A DNA stretch of 64,000 bases from Octopus vulgaris (lineage: Eukaryota): positions 56,792,001 to 56,856,000 of the forward strand of contig OX597831.1 in the NCBI GenBank assembly GCA_951406725.2. Direction: 5' to 3'. Within the stretch, counting starts at the first letter, position 1. Every line of letters begins with the position of its first letter. Positions 53,894 through 64,000 of the stretch are shown here, piece after piece. The position numbers were made by a program, and so were the translations under genes. The notes under the pieces were generated by a model, which was not told the origin of the DNA, searched no databases, and was given only the letters and a program-made list of their open reading frames with translations.

Positions 53894-53972
53894 ACTGGTT
53901 ATTCCACAAAATTTATCCAATTCTGGTCGATACATGTTTAGACCAGAATTTTCATAACCAAAAATAACCAGT
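53894..53972 (-). promoter_or_regulatory. SECIS element of paralog C
   Basis: Minus strand: actggttatttttggttATGAaaattctggtctAAAcatgtatcgaccagaattGGATaaattttgtggaataaccagt. Confidence 0.9.
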
Positions 53973-55570
53973 AAAAAAGCCAAAAGAAAAATGTTTAAAA
54001 AGTCAATATAAACATTTTCAGTTTCATGATTGTTACATATGGAATTTTCAAAAGTAAGGCATTGAATGATTTAGAATTCACCCTTGACTATAAACTTCCT
54101 GTGGCTAGTTAAAAAGTTTATTTGTGATGAGTTAGAAGAGTATTAGAGCTGAGTAGTCTAATGAGAGGAAAGAGGAATAAATAGAAAATAGATAACACAG
54201 CTGAGAAGAGAGGTGTAGATTTGTGAGGAGGGATGGGAAAAGGAAATATGGAAGGGAGAATATCATGGATAAAGGGGGGAGGGAGTTGGAAAAGAGTAAG
54301 AAGAGGAGGAGGAGTATCAGTGAAAATGGTTAAGTAAAAAGAAAGAAGCATAGAACAGAGAGGGGGGAGAGACTTTTTGGGGACAGACAGACAGATTGCT
54401 AGATAGACATTCTTTCACTATGATAGAAACAATGGATAACATTTGTGTGTGAATGTGGACATATGTGTATGTAAGAGAGATAGAGAGGAAGAAACTGAGG
54501 GTAAGATAGATAGGTAGGCAGACAGTTAGTTAAACAGAGACAGATAGAAAGACAAAGAGTGAAAACAACTGGATGGCCTCTAAAAGATCATAGCTTCTTT
54601 GTAAGCTATGGTCTTTTAGGGTCCATCCAGACAGGACCCTTTTGCAACTCTCCAGCTTGCTAGCTCTGATTAAACCATCCAAGCCATACCAGTATGGACA
54701 ACGGATGTTAAATGATTATGGAGCAAAGAAAAAAGGAAAAGGAAAAAAAAAAGGGGACAGAGACATAGAAAGAGAGAAAATAGAGAAACTGGGTGAGTGA
54801 AGTGAATAGAGCAAAGTCGGGATAGATGAAGACATGGGACAAAAAGTGTGCGACAGAAGTGTGTAGAAGGAAGAAGGAAATGGAAAAAGGGGCAGAAAGT
54901 AGGTGAGTGAAAAGAGTAGAGGGGAACAGGGATAGAAAATAGGAAACAAGAAACTGAGATGAAAAGAAAAGTTTACAGGTGTAAAGTGAATGAACACCTC
55001 ATCATGAAGGCAGACAATAATTACTATAATCACTCAGTCATATTACACTTTGCTTCTCAACATAATTATATGCAGAGCAGCAGTAAGGAGCTATACAAAC
55101 AATGCAGTGAATAGAATCTTCCAATATCCAACATGTATCTGTTTACATAGACACTCCTGTAGATATAATTGTATTCACATGAAATTAAGAATGGCCATCC
55201 AACACACACACACATATATATATATATCACGTTATCACATGACTGACCAGGCTATCAGATGTTGCTACATGTCGCTGGTCACAATATGCTTCGCATTGTT
55301 TTAGTCTTCAAATGATGCCACCCCCACTGGCTAATCGAGCAGGCCTACAGAAGAAAGAGTGAGAGAAAGTTGTGGCGAAAAAGTACAGCAGGGATCGCCA
55401 CCCACCCCCTGCTGGAGCCTCGTTGAGTTTTAGGTGTTTCCGCTCAATAAACACTCACAACGCCCGGTCTGGGAATCGAAACCGTGATCCTACGACCGCG
55501 AGTCCGCTGCCCTAACCACTGGGCCATTGCACCTCCACACACGCATATATATATATGTATGCATGTATGT

Positions 55571-55626
<56 letters not shown>

Positions 55627-56050
55627 TACTAACTAGCACAACAGGCTGCCCAACATTAACCAGTACATTTAGATGCCACTTACATCATACACTGCAATTC
55701 AAACATCTCAAGACATCTCATCAATAAACAAGGTAAACAATCAAGTGTGTTGTTGTTGTTGTTGTTGACTGGACACATATTGAGTGGGATAACATGTAAG
55801 GGTAGCAACACGTACTGGATAAATATCTTCATTATAACAAGACAGGTAGCATGATACTGGGATGTAAGCCAGTCTGTATCATAGCTATATGTCTGTGTCA
55901 TGAAGATACACAAAACAAGTATGATAGTCAAGGGCTCTAATACGGATTAAATCATAAAGGAAGCAGCAAATGAAATTGCCGAGAGTTTAAGGTGTAACAT
56001 AACTGCAGCAGTTTCTTGTAGATATATTAGCTTAATAGAGTTCAGCAGAC

Positions 56051-56116
56051 CTATTCCTTTTTTGAAATGGTAGGGATTGGTTTACCTGCCTTGGCATCAC
56101 GCAATATATATAGAAT
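56051..56116 (-). CDS. MIEN1: Paralog C exon 4 (ILYILRDAKAGKPIPTISKKE*)
   Basis: Poly-T plus CAG acceptor; homologous to exon 4 of A and B but stops 6 codons early at TAG. Confidence 0.85.
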   Translation of the reverse strand: MLYILRDAKAGKPIPTISKKE

Positions 56117-56180
56117 CTGAAAAAAAAAAGAAGTAAATAAATAAATAATACTCTAAAAATTTATAATAAATTTGTATATA

Positions 56181-56220
<40 letters not shown>

Positions 56221-58418
56221 TGTCTTTGTTTGTACCCCCTGCCATTGTTTGACAATTGATGTTAGTGTGTTTCTATCCCTGTAACTTAGTGGTTTGGCAA
56301 AAGAAACTGATGGAATAAGTACCAGGCTTACAAAGAATAAGTCCTTTAAGGTGAATGAATTGACCCCAGTACTTATTTTTTAAAGCGTGGTACTTATTCT
56401 GTTGATCACTTTTGCCAAACTGCCAAGTTACAGGGACATAAACAAACAAACAATGATTGTCAAAAGCTGGTGGGACAAACAAACACACAAAGGCAAACAT
56501 ATGTATGTATGTATGTATGCATGCATGCATGCATGCATGCATGTATGTATGTATGTATGTATGTATGTTATGTATCTTTGTATGTATGTATGTATGTATG
56601 TTTTGGTACATCATTGATTTTTGCTTTTTAAGGCTACAGCCAGCCATTCAGTTGAGACTCACAGCACTATCAACAATCATGAATTAGTTAATCACTTTAA
56701 TCAATCCAATGTAGTTATCGTGCAATACCTTTACTTTACTTTTTTACTTTTTTATTTGTTTCAGTCATTTGACTGCGGCCATGCTGGAGCACCGCCTTTA
56801 GCCGAGCAAATCGACCCCGGGACTTATTCTTTGTAAGCCCAGTCCAGTACTTATTCTATCGGTCTCTTTTGCCGAACCGCTAAGTGACAGGGACGTAAAC
56901 ACACCAGCATCGGTTGTCAAGCAATGCTAGGGGGACAAACACAGACACACAAACACATACATATATATATATACATATATACGACAGGCTTCTTTTCCGT
57001 TTCTGTCTACCAAATCCACTCACAAGGCATTGGTCGGCCCGGGGCTAGAGCAGAAGACACTTGCCCAAGATGCCACGCAGTGGGACTGAACCCGGAACCA
57101 TGTGGTTGGTTAGCAAGCTAATATGGTTGGATTAAATGCTAAAGTTTCAAATGTGCAAATAATTTTATAGAAACAAATGCAAAGATAAATATCATGAGTT
57201 ATTTTTTTCATTCTTTATATATAAAAAAATCGAAGGGAAAAGCACATTTGAAATAAGGAATAATTAAAGGTTAAATGAAACGGAAAATATTTACCTGTTC
57301 ATGGATAGGATTACAACCAGACTCAATTCGAGAGTGAATAAACTGACCATTGACAGAAACTTCAAAGGCACCTAATAAATGAGATGGGTTCAATTAGAGA
57401 TGTTTGCAAGCATTGAATGAAAAACTATTTCCTACACTGTAACATTAAGCAACAGAATTTTGAAAAAACCTATAAATTTTCTGTTGAAGAAATTGGTTTC
57501 TGAAACAATTGTCATGCTTCAAACAGCTTACAAGGATGCTGCCATGAACGAAACACAAGTTTATGGGTGGTTTTCACACTTTAGGAATGGTCACTTGTAA
57601 CTTGAAGACCAACCTCGTTCAGGGCAACTGTCAACCTCCCAAATGAATGAAAACATCATGAAAATTCATGAACTGATCTTGGGTGGCCATCACTGAACAA
57701 TTGACAAACTTGTTGATATGGTTGGTGTGTCCTGGAGCACCTACCAACGAATTTTGAGTGAGGAAGTGTGAATGAAAAGAGTTGCAGCAAAATTTGTGCC
57801 TCACTTGCTCACAGAAGATCAAAAGATCGTGAACTGAAAGAACAGTTGGAAGTTGATTAGGACTTTGTTTTGAAGGTCATCACAGGTGATGCTATGGAAT
57901 TTGCAGATGTGGACGAGGTGAAGGAAAAAATGACAGAGGTGTTAATAGGCATCACTTCTGACCCTTTGCAGAGGAGCCTTCTGGCAGCAATCCTCTCCAG
58001 CCAGGGATTGACTACAATCTCCTGTAGCTTCACATAGCCATCTGAATTAAGTCTAAGGCCCTGTTTAGTGTTGTGGGGTGGCATCACATCACTGTCAAAA
58101 GAGACACCCAAAGACCATTACAGTTTTGGGGAACTTTGTTTTCATGATACAGGGATCACCTCTTACAGCCTCTACAGTGTCCACTAAGCATTAAGCAGCA
58201 GTCATGATATCAGCATTTTGATATCTGGCACAAATCATCATAATACAGGTAATTCTTTTCCAATTTTCAGATGGCTTCCAGTCCTCCATGTCAGCTAACT
58301 TTTCTCAACTACAACTTTAATCTTTATGCTTTCCAATGCCATTGACTGTTCACCAATATGCCAAGCTGTTCCTGAAGAAAGGAGGCATAAAAATCATCAA
58401 ATTTATCCCAAAGATCCT

Positions 58419-58451
<33 letters not shown>

Positions 58452-58939
58452 TGTATGCTTCTTTAGGTTTCCATCTACCAAATCCATTCTTAAGGCTTTG
58501 GTTGGCCCAGGGCTATAGTAGAAGACACTTGCCAAGGTACCATGCAATGGGACTCAACCCAAGTTCACATGATTGGGAAGCAAGTTTCTTAATCACAGTG
58601 TCACGCCTATGGTACCATAAAAAGTAGATTTGCTCTACCATTCTTCATTCCTATCAAACCTACTTTTAATCATCATTACATCTCTTGCTAAATAAACTAC
58701 CCACCAGGTTTTACATGCGGTATTTCATTCAAGAGATTGTTGTTCTAAAAAATACTGTTACATTGTTGAAAAAAGGAAGTAACCTCCAACTGTGTTATGT
58801 GTGATACTTATATAATATAATAATAAAATAAATCTTACCAAAAGTCTTGCTAACAATGTCTACAACTTTAGCTTCCGGAAACTCCTTCTGGATGTCTTTA
58901 CGGAGAGTATTCATCTCTTTCCATCCACCTCAGGCATCA
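56051..58939 (-). CDS. MIEN1: Paralog C: MIEN1/Rdx12-like selenoprotein, exons 2-4 complement(join(56051..56116,57295..57371,58839..58939)); Sec TGA at 58932..58930; no CaaX; first coding exon unresolved
   Basis: xDAUGGWKEMNTLRKDIQKEFPEAKVVDIVSKTFGAFEVSVNGQFIHSRIESGCNPIHEQILYILRDAKAGKPIPTISKKE*. Canonical splice sites, exon lengths 101/77, intact SECIS. Confidence 0.87.
56740..57120 (-). mobile_element. SINE (2935 family) in paralog C intron 3
   Basis: Reverse complement match. Confidence 0.85.
57295..57371 (-). CDS. MIEN1: Paralog C exon 3 (GAFEVSVNGQFIHSRIESGCNPIHEQ)
   Basis: ttattAG|GT GCC TTT GAA ... CAG|GTAAAT; 77 nt. Confidence 0.92.
57460..57960 (+). mobile_element. Mariner relic in paralog C intron 2
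   Basis: MLQTAYKD.AM.ETQVY.WF..F.NG...LEDQPRSG; RVAAKFVPHLLTEDQK. Confidence 0.75.
58839..58939 (-). CDS. MIEN1: Paralog C exon 2 (Sec exon)
   Basis: tttcatAG|T GAT GCC TGA GGT GGA TGG ... TTT G|GTAAG; 101 nt. Confidence 0.9.
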
Positions 58940-59053
58940 CTATGAAACAAAATCATGCACTGTCTGTTAATCATTACATTTTAGTGAGGAAAACTAGCTA
59001 GAGACGATAATAAAAATAAACTGAAACGTCATGTTAATCAAAATGGGAGTGTC

Positions 59054-59265
59054 TCAGTCACTTGTCATCGGCCTGGTGAGGCCCAGTGTTCGAATATTGT
59101 GCTTCACCACCTCATCCCAGGTCCCCCTGGGTCTACCTCTTCCATAGGTTCCCTCTACTGCTTGGGTGTGACACTTTTTCACACAGCTGTCCTCATCCAT
59201 ATGCAACACATGACCATACCTCTCATGCACACCACATCTGATGCTTCTTATGTCCAACTTCTAAG
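59054..59265 (-). mobile_element. RTE LINE fragment
   Basis: [10 protein letters not shown]...GRGRPRGTWDEVV. Confidence 0.8.
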
Positions 59266-59400
59266 GAAAAAATTCCCAACACCTTAATAACCATTATAAA
59301 TATAAGGAATTTGATCTCTCACAAAGTTTGACTACACACACACACACACACTCAACTGCATATGACTTTGTGGGTTAATAGGACAGATTTATCTCCTTAC

Positions 59401-59420
59401 ATAACTGGAGAAGGCACCAT
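59401..59420 (-). CDS. Candidate start exon for paralog C (MVPSPV + split Ile codon)
   Basis: ATG GTG CCT TCT CCA GTT AT|GTAAG is a phase-2 donor compatible with exon 2, but it is not homologous to exon 1 of A or B. Confidence 0.35.
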
Positions 59421-60250
59421 CCTATGAGTTCACAAAACTGATATTAAAAATATATGCTGCTTTCTTTCCTTTGTTCATTCACTTGTGTCTGAGTATATAT
59501 ATTGGTTAGGGTATTCAGCTTATGATCACAAGGTCTTGAGTTCAATTCCCAGCGATGCATTGTGTACTTGAGCAAGACTCTTTATTTCATGTTGCTCCAC
59601 TCCACTCAGCTGGCAAAAATGCATAGTACCTGTATTTCAAATGGTCAGCCTTGTCACACTGAATCTCCCTGAGAACTACATTAAGGGTACACGTTTGTGG
59701 AGTCCTCAGCCACTTGTACGCTAATTTCACACGCAGGCTGTCCCGCTGACTGACCCAACTGGAACCCTCATACTTGTAATTGATAGAGTGCCAGTTTACA
59801 TATATGTGTGTGAGTGTGTATATATATAAATATATATACATATATATAATTTACAAGATAAGGGCAGAAGAAAAATTCTAATGCCAAATATGCTGAAACA
59901 AAAAATTGTCGATAACCATTATAATTTATGCGTCTCGAAACAAACCGATAGAAATCTCTAAAAAATTCGTTATTACCGTATTGGTCCAATTTCGGGGTTA
60001 ATTCATCAGAAAATTTTCCCCTCTTCAGCGGCAAATATGTGAGATATAAGTGAAATACTTATTCATACCCATGGAAAAAGCAAGCACTAAGACGTCCCTG
60101 CACAGCAGACTTAAGTACCCCAAATATATCCAAAATAGGAAAATCTTTGGCACATCTTGAGACACGTGTGATCCGAACTAGAAACTTTCACAGAGTGATA
60201 GAATCCGGAAGTGAACACTATTCAAATTTATAAATTATAAGTTATAAATT

Positions 60251-60287
<37 letters not shown>

Positions 60288-60799
60288 CCCTGGTTTCAGG
60301 ATTGTACCCATTGATCCATGGTTTGTCACCTGTTATGACCATTTTCAAAAAGTTATCTCTCTTCACACAATCAAGACGTCCCTGCACAGCTGAAACCTGA
60401 TCTTATTGATCTGTCCACACTTTATTTCCAAGCATTGCTATAAACAATGGGAATGATAAAGTTATAACATAGTGTGCATGTGCAACAGAGTTCAAGGGCA
60501 ATCTTTGCCTAGTAGCTTCACTCTCTTTATGCTAGATCTGTCACCATAACAACAGTCCTGATACTTTTTGATAAGACCTCATATAAATATACCCTATCCC
60601 TGATATTTTTTATTGAAATTTTCTACAAATACCTTTCAGATAGCATAGATTTCTATTATATACGAATTTATTGTATCTACAAAATGAAATTTGAAATTTT
60701 GAAAAAAATATGTGGTATCAGGATATATGTGTTTGTGCCTACCAATTATTTTTCACATTATATACTGATATAGCCGAAATCTAATTCACCTGAAAGGTA

Positions 60800-61345
60800 T
60801 TTACTCTTTTACATGTTTCAGTCATTTGACTGTGGCCATGCTGGAGCACCGCCTTTAGTTGAGCAAATCGACCCCAGGACTTATTCTTTGTAAGCCTAGG
60901 ACTTATTCTATCAGTCACTTTTGCCGAACCGCTAAGTTACGGAGACGTAAACACACCAGCATCGGTTGTCAAGCAATGTTGGGGTGACAAACACAGACAC
61001 ACAAACATATACACACATACATATATATGTTTTATTTATATTCCTGAGCGCCATACTAATACAATTGTTTGTTTGTATTCCACCTGCCTTCGTCTTTTGT
61101 TTATTTCCGTAAACCTGCCTTCGTCTTTTGTCTATTTTCATAAAGCTTCCCGTTATATATATATATATATACATACATATATACGACGGGCTTCTTTCAG
61201 TTTCTGTCTACCAAATCCACTCACACGGCTTTGGTTGGCCTGAGGCTATAATAGAAGACACTTGCCCAAGGTGTCATGCAGTGGGACTGAACCCAGAACC
61301 ATGTGGTTCGTAAGCAAGCTACTTACCACACAGCTACTCTTACTC
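60800..61345 (-). mobile_element. SINE (2935 family) with internal insertion
   Basis: Reverse complement match. Confidence 0.8.
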
Positions 61346-61485
61346 CTATGCAGAAAATTTCATTAAAAAATACTCATTTTTTTGTAAGTTATGAGGAAAC
61401 AAAACTGAGACACATGGATTTTATGAAACTCCTTTACTTCTCTAGGAAAATGTTTTTCATGATAAATTCTAATATAAATGGAATG

Positions 61486-62253
61486 TGTAGTGGATCTTGC
61501 ATGCATGAAGTGGATTTGATCCACCATAGCCAAATTTAAATTAACACTGCAACAGAACTTTTCCCACAGTGGAACAATTGTTTTTCTCTGACAGCAGTTT
61601 TACATTTTCCAGATGCTTTTAACTAGGCCGAAAAAATGTCTTCACTACTTGACCCTTTCTAACCTCTTCTACTTCACCAAAAGCTAGAATAGAGATAACA
61701 AGACCACCAGCTAAATCTATTGTTCTCAATGATATATCTATCCTTCTGGATAGTTATAAAAGCAAGCACACCCCAAGCAAAAACCAGTTAGTCACAGTCG
61801 GTGACGACTCAACGAGTCCAGTCAGATGGTGACAACTCAACGAAGTCTGGCTGACCAGCTAAAACATTGGTCAGAGGGAGAAAGGAAGTTTACTGTCAGC
61901 AACTGTGAGACAACATCCCACACCCTACAACTCTCACTAGCTCTAATTCTGTTCTCTTACAACATTATTCTATCTCTCTCTGTAATTTCTACTAATCAAT
62001 GAAGAAGACGCAAACACAAACTTTACTTCGCATGCGTTTGGATTTATCATAACCTGCCCGTCGAGGCAAGGTATTTGTAACGTAACGGTAAATAAATACT
62101 TTCTTAAAACTTCATACGTTGTTCATGCAATTATAACAACAAATTTTTATTGTTACAACTGCTGACTCTGACATTTCATAATAATGTTTAGAAATCAATT
62201 TCTCCCACTACAATTGGTGACCCTCGACTTCAACTAAAAACTTTATCACTACA
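61486..62253 (+). mobile_element. LTR retrotransposon remnant (LTR + PBS, internally deleted)
   Basis: TGTAGTGG...CCACTACA (61486..62212); PBS-like TGGTGACCCTCGAC at 62215; second CACTACA ending at 62253; AATG flanks both ends. Confidence 0.65.
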
Positions 62254-62534
62254 AATGTATACAGTCTGAAACATATTTGTATAAGATTTCAATTAAAATA
62301 TCCAGTTTTCTGAAAGTTATAAGGAAACAAAATTGACAGGGCACACTTGTGCAGGTATCACACACACACACACACGTTTATTTAGAAGGTTGTTTGTTAT
62401 GACAAGCTGTGCTTCTTTTTCAGATATATGAACTAGTGACAATATATTAACTCTTTTGCTTACGTATTTCATGTTGTTTGCACAGCTGGTGACGTCCTGT
62501 ACCCATATATATATATATATAAATATATATATAT

Positions 62535-62990
62535 ATAAACAATTGCAGCATGGAAGGTGTTTATATGCCATTTGAGAACATACAAAAACCGTTAGATTCA
62601 CTTCAACATTTAAATTTACGGAGATGTACTCGCATAGCAAGTGATTTGATCTGAGATCGTGTGCTGGAACGAAAACAATTGCAGCGTGGAAGGTGTTTGT
62701 AAGCCATTTAAGAAACACACAAAAGCCGTTCGATTCACTTCAACATTTAAGTTTAATTTGTCAAAATATTTTCGTCGCTAAAATCCGCGACTTGTTCACT
62801 GACAAAAATCCGTGCTGCATCTCATTTAAATTTAATTTGTGAAAATATTTTGACAAATTAAATTTAAATGTTGAAGTGAATCTAACGGTTTTGTGTTTTT
62901 AAATGGCTTATAAACACCTTCCACGCTGCAATTGTTTTTGTTTCAGCACACGATTTCAGATCAGGTCACTTGCTATGCAAGTACATTTCC
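62535..62990. repeat. Tandem and inverted units of a dispersed repeat also present at 14..150
   Basis: aaatgttgaagtgaatctaacggtttt...aaacaccttccacgctgcaattgtttt units in both orientations. Confidence 0.75.
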
Positions 62991-63339
62991 GTAATATATA
63001 TATATTTCTTTACTACCCACAAGGGGCTAAACACAGAGGAGACAAACAAGGACAGACATTAAGTCGATTACATCGACCCCAGTGCGTAACTGGTACTTTA
63101 TTTATCGACCCCGAAAGGATGAAAGGCAAAGTCGACCTCGGCGGAATTTGAACTCAGAACGTAACGACAGACGAAATACCGCTTAGCATTTCACCCGGCG
63201 CGCTAACGGTTCTGCCAGCTCTCCGTAATATATATATACACACACACACATGCATGCGTGCGTGTGTTCGTGCGTGCGTTCGTACGTAAATACGTAAGTA
63301 CATACGTAAGTGCATAAAAAAATCGTTTGAAAATTATCA

Positions 63340-64000
63340 GGTTGCCCGGAAAATTCTTAGCGTTTTTTAATCGCAATAAAAGATAAATTTAAAACATACA
63401 CTCATTTTTATTAAAGTAATTTCCATTGTTTTCTATGACCTTAGTCCACCTAGCAAGCAATTTAAATATTCCATAGGCACAAATCTCAGTTGCTTTTGAG
63501 GAAAAGAAGTAATCTAAGTGGGTTCAAACACCGTCAAAGTCATTAAATGATTTTCCTTTTATAGAGTTCTGTAGAAACAATAAACAAATGACAGTCAAAT
63601 GATGCAATGTCAGGGGAGTATGGTGGATGGGGCACGAGTTCCCACCGAAATTCATTCACCTTTGTTCGGATGGCCAAACACATGTAATCGAGTATTGTCC
63701 TGGTGGAACACAATCCCTTTTTTGTTTCGAGAGCGCTGGCCTCAATTCCTTGATCTTTTGATTCAAATTTGCTAGTTGACGGCAGTACACATCAGAATTG
63801 ACGGTCTAAGTTTGTGGAAGTAGCTCATAGTAAATGATGCCATTAAAATCTCACCAGACTTTTTTTGAATGAATATTCTGCTTTGGAAACTTCAGGATTT
63901 TTTCTCTCACTATATTATCGTAAACAATGCATTTTTCATCTTCAGTTATCAGTTGTTTCAGCAAAGGAATATTTTCATTGCGTTTCAGAAGCATATTACA
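63340..64000 (-). mobile_element. Mariner transposase relic
   Basis: HPPYSPDIASFD motif on the minus strand at ~63594..63629. Confidence 0.8.

Noticed and set aside
62110-62173. Minus-strand MSESAVVTIKIC as paralog C exon 1
   Set aside because: No GT donor at the required phase, and it lies inside the LTR remnant.

Overview
AT-rich, repeat-dense eukaryotic DNA. The SINE/RTE repertoire and (TA)n load suggest a cephalopod, probably Octopus; this is an inference. The ORF track misses the real genes. Manual exon assembly gives a cluster of three paralogous Rdx-family genes of the MIEN1/C17orf37 (Rdx12/SELENOW2) type. Each has an in-frame TGA at the redox-motif position and its own canonical SECIS hairpin in the 3' UTR, so all three are predicted selenoproteins. 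Paralog A (+, 533..24205) has CNSU and ends in the CaaX box CTIV. Paralog B (+, 37733..46372) has CQSU, an N-terminal Ser-rich 8-aa repeat, and ends in CTIL. Paralog C (-, exons 2-4 at 58939..56051) has xDAU, lost its CaaX box to a premature TAG, and its first coding exon is uncertain. The rest of the window is microsatellites, SINEs, RTE and Penelope-like fragments, a Helitron PIF1 relic, a Sola1-like transposase, mariner relics, MITEs, an LTR remnant, foldbacks and an unusual A/T satellite between the convergent B and C genes. Repeat boundaries are approximate and family names come from motif recognition, not database searches.
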